Source: Octopus vulgaris (taxonomy: Eukaryota). Taken from it: a stretch of 64,000 bases of DNA. Both the position numbers and the translations under genes were made by a program. Of this stretch, positions 13,990-28,444 are shown piece by piece. Within the stretch, counting starts at the first letter, position 1; every line of letters begins with the position of its first letter. The stretch is from positions 35,588,001-35,652,000 of the forward strand of contig OX597833.1 of assembly GCA_951406725.2 (NCBI GenBank), read 5' to 3'. The notes under the pieces are model-generated. The model was not told where the DNA came from, searched no databases, and saw only the letters and a list, made by a program, of their open reading frames with translations.

Positions 13990-14230
13990 TGTCATGATAT
14001 GCCAAACGAAGAGAAACATTACTGTTATGAAATCTTTTCAGCTACCTTCACTTGTGTTCGTTTAGCATAACATATCATTTCAAAGTTCACGGCATATCTT
14101 TTGGCCTTTGATGATCATATCAGTGCGATTTGAAGCTAATCATGTTGTCAGAATGTATATATCTATATACTAGCTACTTTCTTTGGGATGTGCCATTTAT
14201 TAGAAGTGAGGATATAGTTGGATTAACAGC
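13990..14230 (-). mobile_element. Degraded R4-type RLE fragment
   Basis: PKKV, NRTDMIIK and VKVAEKIS peptides next to an (ATT)n array. Confidence 0.4.
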
Positions 14231-14689
14231 TTATTAAGTTTACGTAGCTCTTTTATATAGCAAAGATTAATCGCGCTGTCAAATTCTATCTCTAAATAGC
14301 TCCTACTGTCTTTGGGAGGTACCTTTTAATGTAAGTGGCTAGGACAGAGGGGCTAGTAAGGTTAAGAGATTCGTAAGTTTACATATCTATCTTTTGCATG
14401 TACAAGTATTCAAATTGTGTTCTACACAAGAAAATAACATGATACTTTTTCATTCATTTGTCCACTTGTAGACTAAGCATTGACTGTGTTAAAAAATAGT
14501 TGCTTTGCAACCATTTGGTTCAAGGTTAGATGCCATTGCATAGTGTTTCTTACCAAATTCCTTCTACCATAACCTCGGTGTGAGCAATACCTTGTGAGTT
14601 GTAAATTTCAGTATAATATAATATATTATATGATATAACATAGCATAATATAATATAATATAATATAATATAAATTTAATATGTCCATG

Positions 14690-15065
14690 CGTAAAAAGCC
14701 TACTTCCCAACCACATGGTTTAGGATTCAGTCCCACTGCTTGGCACCTTGAGCGAATGTCTCCTAGAGTCCCTGGTTGACCAAAGTTTGGAAGGGGATTT
14801 GTTAGACGGAAACTGAGAGAAGCCTGTTGAACACACACACACACGTATATATATATGTGTGTGTGTATGTGTTTTTTGTGTTTGTGACTCCCATCAACGC
14901 CTGGCAACCGATGTAGGTTTGTTTATGTGCCCGTATCTTAGCGGGTTGATGAAAAGAAACTTACCAGGCTTAAAAATGTATTGGAGTCGATTTGGTTGAG
15001 TAAAAACATTTTCAAGGCAGCTCTCCATCCCGGCCGTAGTCTAATGATTTAGACAAGTAGAGTTA
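14690..15065 (+). mobile_element. SINE family A, diverged
   Basis: CCAACCACATGGTT..TTCAGTCCCACTGC..GACGGAAACTGA blocks. Confidence 0.8.
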
Positions 15066-15199
15066 GAAAGAACGCTTTGCGTTGCTCTTTTGATTCTAAA
15101 ACCACGAACTTTGACTCTCGTCATTTCGGAGTCCATAAAATATGGTATCAGTCAAGAACTGCTGTCTTTGTGCCTAAATTAGAATCCGGCCACTAGGCA

Positions 15200-15800
15200 G
15201 ACGGATCAGTTTTGCTGCTTGGCTATCGTTAGATCCGGAAGTCCAGGTGAGCCGGACTTAATTTCATTTCAGTAGACGAGATTAAGACCAGGGTGAATTG
15301 CCTCACCCAGAAATGGGCTGAAAGGTAGAGAAGATGTGGTGAATGCCTGTATCGTCTCCGTTGTAATTTACAGTCAAACCATCAGACTCTGTCTGGCCAA
15401 ACTGGGAGCATCTGCTATTCGGCATTTTTTTAATAGTAGCATTTCATTTGTCAGGAGGTCCAGGTTTTACCAGCATCCTTTGAAAGACGGGCTCAGCATG
15501 GTGTGGTTTCTAATACGCAGGTATGTACATACTTGCTGCATCACCTGCAGAATTTCATGGTCAGTGAGCAGCTGTGGTGTCGATTTTTAAGTACGTTTTT
15601 CTGCAGTTCAACTCAATGACCTAGCTGTAGGCCTGGGCCAAGAAAAGACCAAAATTGCATGTTTGGTATCCGGAATATCGTCAGTCGCTCATAGCCGTTT
15701 AGAGTCGGGCATTGTGATAGATGGATTTTCCGCTTCAGCAATATATAGAGGACTGATGCTTGGTAACAGCGATAAATGTTTCGGCATTGACGAGGATAAA
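15200..15800 (+). mobile_element. L1/Tx1-type LINE fragment (post-RT region)
   Basis: VVNACIVSVVIY...VRRS..QHPLKDGL.M.W. Confidence 0.55.
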
Positions 15801-16293
15801 CTCGTTACCCTGTAATTTTCTTACTCTTAACAACAATGTTTAGTTAGATGTGAGGTTGATAGAATTTGATATGCATCACACCCCAGTGGCATGATTGTTT
15901 TTTTCTGTGTGTTTGCAGGGTAGAAGCAAACATGTATGACTTAAGTCTTACTCTTTAGCAAGCTATTTTCCGAAATTGCCAGTAAATTTGACATTAAAAC
16001 AAAATCTGCCAACTCACATTTTACAATCAATCATACATTTTGTTCCTTCAAATGAGAAAACTCTGCAGATAATGATACAATAAATAACGACTAAGGCAAC
16101 AAATGTTCATATAGATTAAAGTTAGTATAAACATTTAAAAAATATACAATATGAGAGCAATGTTATAAAACATGTAGAATACGAATAAACATTTGTGGCA
16201 TGTTAATTTACATGTAATAGATATTACAGTATAAAGGTCTAGGAGGATATGAGCAATAATAACAATAACAATAATAACAACAACAACAACACC

Positions 16294-16324
<31 letters not shown>

Positions 16325-16603
16325 GTAATAATAATAATGGCATACACTGCTCTCTCACTCAGTAATAATATATTCTGTATTCTACACAGAAACAGTAAGC
16401 TACAGCCCAATAGAGTATATAATACGTGATTAATATTATTAGAGATGACGAAAGTACCTCGTTGTATCAACTACGTAAAAATATTATAAAACAAATAGAC
16501 CATTAATCCTTTTTTTGTAATGTAAACAACTATCAATCATATTTTTAGCATATTTAGAATCATAGTAGGTAACTTGTTTTTGAAAAGATCTAGAATGATG
16601 GGG

Positions 16604-16652
<49 letters not shown>

Positions 16653-18308
16653 ATATGACCTAGGAAAGCAAATAGTTTTAGAGTTATAAAGATTAGCAGA
16701 ACTGGTTGTTTGGATCATTTGTTTCACCACCAGCAGCACCACCAGGCTGTCTAACGTCGTGTCTGACAGAGCTCAACTCTAACAAATGCTCTATTGTATC
16801 GGATATTCCTCAAACTTTCGATAATTTGTGAACTTCATTGAATAGCCTTTCAAATGTTCCATAGTTAAGTTTTTCCTCTTTTGATTGGTATCTTCAAAAG
16901 AAGACTTGTTTTATACCTTTCAATTCCTGAAAAATTCAATAGCAGCATTCTCTGTGTGTGTAAATAGTTCTAGAAGAGAACTAGCTTTCGCTACAGAGGT
17001 AAATTCTATCTTATATCTGAATAAATCACCAATAGTGGACTACAGTTTTCAAATACACATTATTCCCAATTATTAACATTATCGATTAAATACATTAGGA
17101 AGTCATGTCGGATTTTGAAATCGAAGTTTTTACAGAACCTTTTCTCAATGATGGACTATCGGGACATAATTACGCTTTTTATGTGTTTTCTACCGTTATT
17201 CTAACGTTTCCCGCTCCTGTGAGAACCGAAATTTTCTCATTGCATGCATCAATCCATTTCCTATTTATTCGTTTTTCTTTATCAATAATCTACTTCGCTA
17301 AAAGCCGTCAAGCAACATATTTTACAGAAGGTAACAGATAGCATATAGCATTGGTAAGTTTCGTCTGCATTCCAATGATTTTATTTTGTTTTTGGCATGT
17401 TACTACACAGCTTAAAAACACATTTGAAACAAGCAAAAATATTATTGTCTATTGTCAAGGTAGTGTCTCTAATTTAGCAGTCTACAAAAAAAATTAACAT
17501 TCACAATAAGATGCTCTATTATGATATAGATTTGTCTTATATACTAAGATAAAATATTGTCATATAAATTGGATTATGCAACGTATAATTTTATATGTTG
17601 ATTATATCAAGCACAAGGTTAGATCTTTCCGCTTAGATACACAGAAATGCAGTAACCACCTAAGATAAAAATGAGCTTAGTTTTGCTCTACAAATATAGT
17701 GATCAAGTAATTTAAAAGTGATGCAATAACTTATATGCTATTAAAGATTTTGATCAGATACATAATTTCTAAACTAGTAGTGACATATATCAGAGTGAAT
17801 CCTGAGAATATGTATGGCAACTAAAGCTGATCGTACAGAAAAAAAGTCATATTTTACAGCTAAATTGAGAAGAAGTTTGTTAAAATGTGAACGATACAAA
17901 AAAAATGTTGCTTTCTGCTGAATCATTCTTGCAAGACCTGACACTGCGGCAGGTTCAACAAGTACCTGTATTCCTCCGCAAGTGCAAAATATGCTCTCTC
18001 TGAACTCTAGTTAAAAGAATATGTCCTGAAATAGCTAAGATTTCAAACTCTCGCAATGTTAAAAGAACAAAAGAAAACAAAACTAATAAACAAAGATGTA
18101 GAGAGATTTCAGTTACATCAGCACAGAAAATCACTTTATCCACAAAATATCAGAATGTAATAAAATATTTCCAGTTGGCATCAATGCATGTGTTAAGTGA
18201 GAGTCAGAAACTAGTACATGGCTGCAAGGGTGTGTGTATGATCAAGCATACGTATGTGTGTCTTTGAGTGTGTTTGTGTGTGTGTATTTGCGTGCGAGAT
18301 AGAGAGAG

Positions 18309-18340
<32 letters not shown>

Positions 18341-18815
18341 TGATTATATGCATATAAATACAGATATGCATTTATATATGCACACACAAACATGCATCAT
18401 CATCATTACACAAACACACACGCACACACACACACATGCATATAGAAATATGTATAGAGACAAACACTCATAGATATATTTAATAAAAATGTGTCTTAGG
18501 TCCTCATGGATGCAGAGCATCTGGTGATGTGAACGTGTTTTACGTCCATGAAACTTATAAATAATGAGAAACTGAGTGAGCTTGCTGTTAAATATATACA
18601 GTCCAAACACGTGTTCTACTTTCTCACTTGTATATATGTAATTACGTATGTGCCTGTGTATGTCTTCGCCTGATTGCCTGTCTGTATGTGTGTACGTGTG
18701 TGTGTATGCAAACTGAAGATGTACACTAAGCATGTTCTTGCATATAAGCATATATACAGTCTTTAAAGACAGACGAGTATAAGGGATATTTGTTCCATAC
18801 ACATTTAAATAAAAT

Positions 18816-19103
18816 GCAATGGCCCAGTAGTTAGGGCAGAGGACTCGCGGTTGTAGATCGCGGTTTCGATTTCCAGACAGGGCGTTGTGAGTGTTTCTTG
18901 AGCGAAAACACCTAAAGCTCCATGAGGCTCCGACAGGGGTGGTGGCGATCCCTGCTGTACTCTTTCGCCACAACTTTCTCTCACTCTTTCTTCCGCTTAG
19001 ACAGCGGGGTGACGTCATTTGAAAGCTAAAACAATGCGAAGCGTATTGTGACCAGCAACATGTGATAGCCTGGTCGGTCACGGTGATCACGGTGGTCACA
19101 GTG
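18816..19103 (+). mobile_element. SINE family C (tRNA head), alternative tail
   Basis: TGGCCCAGTAGTTAGGGC A box, GGTTTCGATTTCC B box and TTGAGCGAAAACACCTAAAGCTC body. Confidence 0.85.
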
Positions 19104-20099
19104 TACATATGTGCCGGGGTATATTCACTCGCAATTTTTGCCAGCCAGCAAGTATGCACGCACACACACACACACACATACACAAACACACACACACACA
19201 CGTATATAGAAGAGATAAATGAAATTACCCAAATTATCAATTTTTTATTTAAGTCAATATTCCACAGGTATATTATCGCTATATTCCTGTTGTAAGCCCT
19301 ATATTTCTACTGCTGTCTACCGGGAGGGGAGGGGGATGATTTTGGCCAATATACCTCTAATGCGCAAGTTTCTTCCAGATTCACTTTAGCACCAGCCCTA
19401 AGGACAATTAAACAGAGATATATAAGTATATACTTAATAAAAAGACTCCTACAATAATACCCTAAATACAAAATGTTAGCGACAACCCAGAGACTCAGTT
19501 CTCACCAACAACTCAACCCCCTGCCAATAATGGTAATGATTTCTTTTACGTTAACACAAAACCACATACTTTTTTTTTAAGAGACTACAGACGATTGATT
19601 GTTTGGTACTTATTTTATCGACCTATGACGGATGAAAGGCGAAGTCAACTCCGGTGGGGTTTTTTTAAAATTCAGAATGTAGGAGGATATAAGAAAATAG
19701 CCACAGGGCATTTAGTTTGGCGCTTTACCACCCTGCTGCCAATAATAATAATGCTGATAATATCAATAGTCTTATTTCAGTATATTTTGGCAGACAGATA
19801 TCTGTTGGGAAATACAATGTGCACGTATATAATTTTTCTATGTTTACAAACCCCCGCTGTTACTACGACCACCAACTACTCCTCCACCACGACCACCACC
19901 GGGACCACCAACACCAATACCAATGCCAATATTTCCAATACCAAATCAACAACAATAACTACACCAGTGGTTAATTTAATGTCAGAAGGCACTTGGTTCT
20001 TTTAGTAGTAACAGAAGCAACATTAAGTACTGCAGGCGTTGTGTTGTATCACTGGGGAGAACTAACTCAACTTGCCAAAAGCTTCGCATAACTGTAAGC

Positions 20100-20198
<99 letters not shown>

Positions 20199-20683
20199 AA
20201 TAATAATAATATCACTATCATTGTTGTTGATGACGCTGTTGGTGTTGGTGGTGCTGGTGTTGTTGGTATTGGTGGTGTTGGTGTTGGTGGTGTTGGCGTT
20301 GGTGGTGATGATGTTCTCATTGATAATTTTGACGTTGTTGTGCTTTATACATATGTATTATCAATATTATTTTGTACCTATATTAGAAACCATATTACTC
20401 TTATTGTCTACTATACAAGTGGAACGAAAAGCTCTTGACTGAAATTTGCTTAGCCCGACTTGGCGATTCAGTGTAATTTTGCCTCCGTCTTACTACCGTA
20501 TTCAAGCAAGTGTGCATAAATACATACATACATATACCAACAGTTGTCGGCTATGTAGAAGTTCTCTGCCAAGGTAAGTCGTATACGTCTCTATCACTCA
20601 TTCTGTGGCAAGGTCACATATTTTAGGCGTTCTGTTCGTTACAATTACCAATGGCATCAAATACTCTTCTTCTTCTTCTTCTT

Positions 20684-20773
<90 letters not shown>

Positions 20774-21252
20774 CTTTTTTTCTTCTTTTCTCTTGACAAT
20801 CTCCATTTCGATCTATCTATATCACTTCCAGTTACAACAGTAGCTATGAACAGTTTAATGGTGATGGTCTGTTCTGGAAGCTGTTGGAACCTTGTATTTT
20901 ACTACTAACTCGTCGTGGTTGTACCAGCCACATCGGTAATGTAATAATCGTAGCATTAATAGTAATAGATTGAGGTTCTTCAGTGGATTTTGACGGCAAT
21001 AACATAATCCGTAGTAATAGCAGTGGTAGTTGTTGTTGTTGTTGTTGTTGTAGTAGTAGTGACAATAGCGATGACAACTATACAGGAGTAATAAGCAGTC
21101 TCAGTAGTGGAAGCGAATGCCAGGAGCTGTTAATGTTAACCAAATCAGCAACACTAGTTGCCGTATTATTGGTTATTAATATTGGTTTAGAAGAATGGGA
21201 TTCAATAAAACTGCCAAGTCAGCCAACGTTGCACGATGCTGTTATAGTAGTG

Positions 21253-21289
<37 letters not shown>

Positions 21290-21641
21290 AAGAAGAAGAA
21301 GAAGAAGAAGAAGAAGGAGAAGAATCGGGCATCATTCACTGCTGTAACTAGCCACATGTAGGGGTATAGGCGGAGAAAGAAAGGGAGAGTGAGAACAGAA
21401 ATATGCGGTAGAAAAGAGAATAGAAATGTTCGGAAGTGAGATAAGCATGTAGGTGTTGCATTTCAGGTGTTTTGAATAAAACATCTTGAATACGAAATAA
21501 CCATTTTTCACGTTGTTTTGGATACGGTCACACACTGTGAAGTTTGAGATTTATGAATGCTTAACAATTGTTGTAGCGATTACGAAAACATAAACGTTAG
21601 AAAATTAATAGTGGCAATGGTAACTAACTTACATAACGACA

Positions 21642-21657
21642 AATAATAATAATAATG

Positions 21658-21709
<52 letters not shown>

Positions 21710-21711
21710 TA

Positions 21712-21760
<49 letters not shown>

Positions 21761-21780
21761 TAATAATAATAATAATAATG

Positions 21781-21823
<43 letters not shown>

Positions 21824-21840
21824 TGATGATGATGATGATG

Positions 21841-21871
<31 letters not shown>

Positions 21872-22019
21872 TAATGATAATAATAATAATAATGATAATG
21901 ATAATAATGATAATAATAATAATGATAATAATAATAATAATAATAATAATGATAATAATAATAATAATGATAATGATAATAATGATAATAATAATGATAA
22001 TAATAACAATAGTAATAAT
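21642..22019. repeat. (AAT/GAT)n array
   Basis: Direct reading. Confidence 0.98.
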
Positions 22020-22300
22020 TGAACAGCAACAAAATGATTACCGCATCTGATAGCAACAACACCATTAAGGATAAACGAGAACAGCAAAATCAAGTACAAC
22101 AGTGTTAGAAATAATAGGAGTAGCACAGCAGTAACAAAATAACAAAAAATATCTTAACAACCGTGGGATTCAGAAAATAACTCAAGTTAAGTGACAATCA
22201 ATTACTGCCTGGCAGTTATGGGCGGCGAATGGTAGTGGTTGCCATACTGAGTGTCTCAATATTCTGAATTTGGTACATAGACTCTGATCCCCACCTTCTC

Positions 22301-22337
<37 letters not shown>

Positions 22338-23197
22338 CTTTCTCTCTCCTCACCTTTCTGTTTAACGATAATAGCTTCAGCAAACCGATACCCTGTTGGA
22401 TGTCAGACAACCTGTGATACAACTATTCTATTGCTTGACAACCAATTATAAGACAAATCTAAGGTACCAATTATACTGTTCTAAATCCCTTGGCTATAGC
22501 ACCACAATCTCAGTCTAAAATGTTGTTTCCTTTGAACACTGCCAAGTACATTGGTTGGTATGTTTGAGCAATGATTGTCAGTTTGATATGAAATTTATAA
22601 GAGTTGGGGAGAAAAGTGTTCTTTTCTGGTCAGAAAGTTTGGTTCAGGCCTCAGTATTAAGATGTTGATTAATTGCGCTGCAAACTTAGCTGGTAACAGC
22701 TCAGTTAAAATAAATCTGGTTTGTAATCCAATGCAAGAATGCTGTGAACCACTGATTGGTACATTGGAAACATGTGACCAAAGATGTAACTTTTCATTAA
22801 TTGCAATATAAAAAATATTAATATGAATATTAAAAAAAATTTGAGAACCGACCGAACCGATTTTCGTTTTTGAAAAATCCATGACAAATGATTCCAGTTT
22901 TCTTCCTAATTTTATCCGTCTGTTGGTTTCGTATTTATATCTGTATCTACAGTAAAAATCTTAATTTAGGCGTTCACTTCAAGGTCATAGACTACACCAA
23001 GTTGCAATCATTCTTGTACCGATTATTTTGGAGGTACCTGGCTCCAGAATAAAGTATGTAGATTTTGTGTGAATATGTATGTATTTATGTGGAAAGAGTA
23101 GTGTTTAGTCGTTTGCTTGCATCTTGAAAAATAACAGGTATTCATCGGTTCAGAATACGTAATGCTTGTGTTAATGCTATTTTTAGTACACACAAAA

Positions 23198-23565
23198 GGC
23201 GACGAGCTAGCAGAAACGTTAGCACGCCGGGCAGATTGCGTAGCGGTATTTCGTCTGCCGTTACGTTCTGAGTTCAAATTCCGCCGAGGTCGACTTTGCC
23301 TTTCATCCTTTCGGGGTCGATAAATTAAGTACCAGTTACGCACTGGGGTCGATATAATCGACTTAATCCGTTTCTCTCCTATGTGTTTGTCTCCCTTGTG
23401 GGTAGTAAAGAAATAGGTATTTCGTCTGTCTTTACGTTCTGAGTTCAAATTCCGCTGAGGTCGACTTTGCCTTTTATCCTTTTTATACCAGTTGCGTACT
23501 GGGGTCGAACTAATCGACTGGCTCCCTCCCCCAAAATATCGGACCTTGTGCCTAGAGTAGAAAAG
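23198..23565 (+). mobile_element. SINE family B, with internal duplication and two different tails
   Basis: GGCGACGAGCTAGCAGAAACGTTAGCACGCCGG head, GAGTTCAAATTCC B box, and the GGTCGACTTTGCCTTT core present twice. Confidence 0.9.
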
Positions 23566-23914
23566 TATCTTTAGTACATACAAATCTGCTCAAAACTCGA
23601 TATTCCGAAATTTATGAAGCGCTTTTGCTCTTTTAACTATTATTATTTAAATTTTCTATTACCAAATACTGTGAAAGGTCCAGTGTGTTGGGTATATTTC
23701 TTGGATTAATATACACTTTAGTTGACAAGATAGTATTGGCACTCATAATTTATCATACATGAATTCAAATTTTACTGATATTGCTTAGACTAAAATTAAT
23801 TGCTCTTTTCTAAATAATGTCGGCATATAAAATATTTAACATAAGAATGGCGGAAGGCCAAACATTCACAGTGCATGATAATAATTCTGTACCCAGTTCC
23901 ATTATGACCATGAT

Positions 23915-23946
<32 letters not shown>

Positions 23947-23953
23947 TATGATG

Positions 23954-24009
<56 letters not shown>

Positions 24010-24101
24010 CATAATAATAATAATAATAAAGAGGATGATGATGATGATGACGATAATAATAAAAATAAAAATAATCAGAATCATAATGATAATACGAATA
24101 A

Positions 24102-24317
24102 ATGCTCCGATGCAGTAACAGGTAGGGGTATTCATGGCTTCTGATCTTAACTGATTGGAATTGTTATCATGCACATGTTTTGTCTTGGTATAAAAGATGC
24201 TCTACAGCAAATATTCAGCTCAATGTCACAGATTTGCTTTTCGTTGCTTGATCTTAACAAGTTGAGCATGTCCCTTGGTGGTTGATGACATGTGCATCTC
24301 TGATTACGAGCAATAGT
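24102..24317 (+). mobile_element. Family D, opposite-end fragment fused to a SINE A half
   Basis: Reverse-complement match to ~33085-33304, preceded by an (AAT)n array. Confidence 0.75.
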
Positions 24318-24462
24318 GCTGGTGTGTTTACGTCCCCGTAACCTAACAGTTCGGTAAAAGAGGCCGATATAATAAGTACTAGGCTTACAAAGAATTAGTC
24401 CTGGGGTCGATTGTTCGACTCCAGCATGACCACAGCCAAATGACTGAAACAGTAAAAGAGTA
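24318..24462 (+). mobile_element. SINE family A, 3' half
   Basis: GCTGGTGTGTTTACGTCCCCGTAAC...ATGACTGAAACAGTAAAAGAG. Confidence 0.8.
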
Positions 24463-25317
24463 AGTCTTACTTATTTGATCAGGTCGCTGTTATTGGAATA
24501 CTTAAACCTAATACCCTAGGTATCAGCGGATCACATACATACATACATACATACATACATACATACATACATACATACATTCATACACACATTTGATTTG
24601 ATAGCTGTCCACTCGTGGTCAGTTATTTGATCATAACTGACCATTGCCCATGTCAGATACCAGATGTACCCTTGCATGAGGTTATTGCAACAGCAGTCAG
24701 CTTCACCCGGATTTTCGCCCGCTCTCCCATGCTCGCCACAGGGACTTCCTACGCGACCGAACATCGGATAGTTGCCTCTCCGGCGATTGCAAAACCTAAA
24801 ATTTTAGATCCAATAAGGTTATCATGGCACCTCAGAGACCCTCTCCAGCCTATTCACATAATCCAGAGACAAAATATTGAGACTAGGTGTCCAGAGATAC
24901 CTAGTCTCAATATGGGTTGCTGGCTTATGAATGTAGGATCTCAAAGGCAAGTAAAAGATCCCCAAAATGTTCAGCGCCATTCCCCGCATATCTGGTTTTA
25001 CATCAGTGACCATCTAGAGGCATGCTTTAAAAAAAGATAAGGGATGCCTCCCAATAGTCTTCCAGCACGCCGGACACCAGTTTGGAATCTCTGAGGGCCG
25101 ATGCTATTGCTGGATAGTCGTTTACCTACACTAGGTTCATCCGTACTTTTGTCAAGTCTTCCTTTTTTGGGGGGCTCGGTTTATAGCACCCCTCCGCACC
25201 AGGCAAGCTTAGTGGGGGCGTCGGTTAAGTCACCAACGACCAGACATGCAGCAGGTTCTACTACATTCCATGTTACCAGTAGCAGCTATGAGAGACCTTG
25301 CCAAATGACCTGACATA

Positions 25318-25750
25318 CATGCATTGTTGTAGAGGTCAGCTACCCAGTGGATGTGGATGTACCATCAAAAGTCCAGGAAAAAGAGAACATTTATAGTGAA
25401 TACAGAACTTACAGCTCTTGTACCCTGACTATAAATTCTCTTTTGAACTAATCTCTATAGGTCCATTACAAATTTTTACCCACGAATTTACACGAAAACC
25501 TAGAACCACTTGGTTTTTTCCGAAGAAAAGGCAAAAGTAGCGTGAAGATTTGTAAGATATTCCAAGACTTCTCCCTCTGAGATTCTTTAGGTGAATAGAT
25601 GCACACACTTGGGTGTTGCACGGATAACTCAACCGACGCACCAACTCAACTACAGATTTACAAACGCCAGGAACGCTCTTAGCTTAAAAAGTCTTGTCGC
25701 TTTGGTAGTGACCGGCTTAAACTCTCTTATGAAGAGCTTAAAGCCCAATG
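25318..25750 (+). mobile_element. RLE-type LINE 3' end (NeSL/R4-like)
   Basis: CIVVEVSYPVD..KVQEKENIY, LQLLYPDYKF and VKICKIF. Followed by a (CATA)n array. Confidence 0.65.
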
Positions 25751-25757
25751 AAAAAAC

Positions 25758-26210
25758 ACATACATACATCCTTTCTTACATACATACACACACACACTCA
25801 CATACATATATACATATATACATACATATATACATACATACACACATGCATACATACATAGATACATACATACATGCATACATACATACATACATGCATA
25901 CATACATACATACATACATGCATATATGCATGCATACATACATACAAATATACATTCACACATACATACATACATACATACATACATGCATACATACATA
26001 CATACATGCATACATACATATATACATACACACATACATACATACATGCATACATAATACATACATACATACATGCATATATGCATGCATACATACATAC
26101 ATATATACATTCACACATACTTACATGCATACATACATACATGCATACATACATACATACATACATACATTCATACATACATACATACATGAATACATAC
26201 ATACATACAT
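25758..26210. repeat. Degenerate (CATA)n array
   Basis: Direct reading. An internal block is duplicated at ~25912 and ~26068. Confidence 0.95.
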
Positions 26211-27154
26211 GGTGGAAGTGAGTTTGTAGTGAGTGCATAGTGTTGCACAGCATTCAATCCACTCTCCAGGGCAATCAGCTACAAAACCAGTGGCGCAACA
26301 AAGGGTAAAATGACCTGAAAACAACTGCATATTATGTTGTTTTTTTTTATACGAGTTTACCTTCTCCTAGAAGTTCTAACGAGAACTATAGATCTTTCAC
26401 TCCCAGAGGTTCACATGCTATTTAACCCCAAAGCTGGGATTCTAACAAGGACTGCTATTCCATGCCATAGTAGACCTGGGAACAACAGTGGTTCTACATT
26501 CTTCAAAGCTCTGGAACTCCCTACCAGGGCCCAGCAACTGGATACAGTCATGGAAACACATGTATACATTACTATAGTTAATTCTTCAATGGATGTGAGA
26601 CTATTTCATAATCTTTAAAAGTAAAAATTTATCGATCATATGAAATGCTTCTTATGCCTCATATATGCCTCATAAGCGTATCTTATGTTAACTAGAGTGT
26701 TACCCGTCATATAATGGCTCACTTTGGAAGTATACGTTTGACACAAGCAGTAATACTAGGAAATATGGCATACATAATGATGATTAAGAAAAATATTAAT
26801 TACATTAGAATATAATAAAAGAAAAAATGAACCAAAATTACTCTCTGTGGAAGTTCACAAACGTACTCACACTCCATCCCTTCCATTCTCTCTCTCTCTC
26901 TCTCTCTCTCTATCACACTCCCTTTCACTCTCTGTGAATGTGTAAATATATACGTGTGTGTGTGTGTGTTTATGTGTGTGTGTTTGTATACGTGTGTGTG
27001 CATGTGTTTTGTGTATACATGCACACACAGACATTCCCTCTTTTGTCTTTATGCGTTTCTCTCTCTCGCTCTGTATGTCTGTGTGTCCATGTGCAAAGCT
27101 TTCATTTACTCAAAACCTGCCATCTTATGTTAACTCTTTATTTTATTTATTTAT

Positions 27155-27440
27155 GCGCCCTTTTCAACCCAAGCCAAGCTCATGGGTCCGGTTTCCCGGT
27201 TTCTATGGCGTATGTGTTCCCCCAGCCAGTCCATCGTAGCGTTACTCAAGAAACAGGAAGAAAGAGTGAGAAAAAGTTGGGGCGAAAGAGTAAAACAGGG
27301 GTCGCCCCAACCGTTACCGGTGTCTCGTGGAGCTTTAGGTGTTTCGCTCTATAAACACACAATGCCCGGTCTGGGAATCGAAACCGTGATCCTCCGACCG
27401 CGAGGCCGCTGCCCTAACCACTGGGCCATTGCGCCTCCAC
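27155..27440 (-). mobile_element. SINE family C
   Basis: Reverse complement of the GGAGGCGCAATGGCCCAGTGGTTAGGGC head. Imperfect TSD ATRTTAACTCTYTA at 27127 and 27441. Confidence 0.85.
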
Positions 27441-27855
27441 ATATTAACTCTCTAATCTATCTATTACTCTCTTTTCCCTTGTACAATGTAAAGCGTGACT
27501 GAAGACACCAACCAACCAACCAAACAATCAACCTTTATATCACCTCTTATTATATACAGATTAGCTGCCAAATTATGCCGACTCTACTTCGGTTTATACA
27601 TAAACTATGCAAACAGGTGTTTTGCATGCATTTCCATTACATTTTACTCTCATACGACAATAATCTAAGAGTAAAGTGAAGTCTCCGATGTCAACTGTAA
27701 TTGAACATAAATATGCTTTCTTCGGATATCAGCAATGTGGATTGATCGCGTAAACAACAAAGGAGACGTTTTCCCTTCTCACAAAACACTAACACGCCCC
27801 TCCTTTGATTACAATTCTTAATTGATTACTAGCTAACTAGTTGCTGCTGCTGCTG

Positions 27856-27889
<34 letters not shown>

Positions 27890-27891
27890 AG

Positions 27892-28009
<118 letters not shown>

Positions 28010-28056
28010 ATGCTCTCATACACATATATCTAATAATCTAATTAGTTGACATTATG

Positions 28057-28089
<33 letters not shown>

Positions 28090-28090
<1 letters not shown>

Positions 28091-28336
28091 GAGGCGTGGG
28101 CTTAGTGGTTAGGGTGTCAGCATCATGATCGTAAGATTGTGGTTTCGATTCCTGCACCGGACGACGCGTTGTGTTCTTGAGCAAAACACTTCATTTCACG
28201 TTGCTCCAGTTCACTCAGCTGGCAAAATTGAGTAACACTGAGACGGACTGGCGTCCTGTCCGGCTGGGGAACACAAACGCCATTGAAATCGGGAAACCGG
28301 GCCCATGAGCCTGGCTGGGCTTTAAAAGAGCGCATT
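28090..28336 (+). mobile_element. SINE family C variant (CORE-like plus V-like domain)
   Basis: tRNA head, TGTGTTCTTGAGCAAAACACTT, GGACTGGCGTCCTGTCC and GGAAACCGGGCCCATGAG tail. Confidence 0.85.
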
Positions 28337-28341
28337 TATTT

Positions 28342-28382
<41 letters not shown>

Positions 28383-28444
28383 CCTTCGACATTTTCTATC
28401 CAAAAATGATTTTCAACTTAATATTTACGCGCTTTAATTATAGT

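Noticed and set aside
16750-18040. Possible Tx1 C-terminal and zinc-knuckle remnants (DTIEHLL; CKIC..CP)
   Set aside because: Too degenerate, and the two lie on opposite strands, so they cannot be supported without a profile search.
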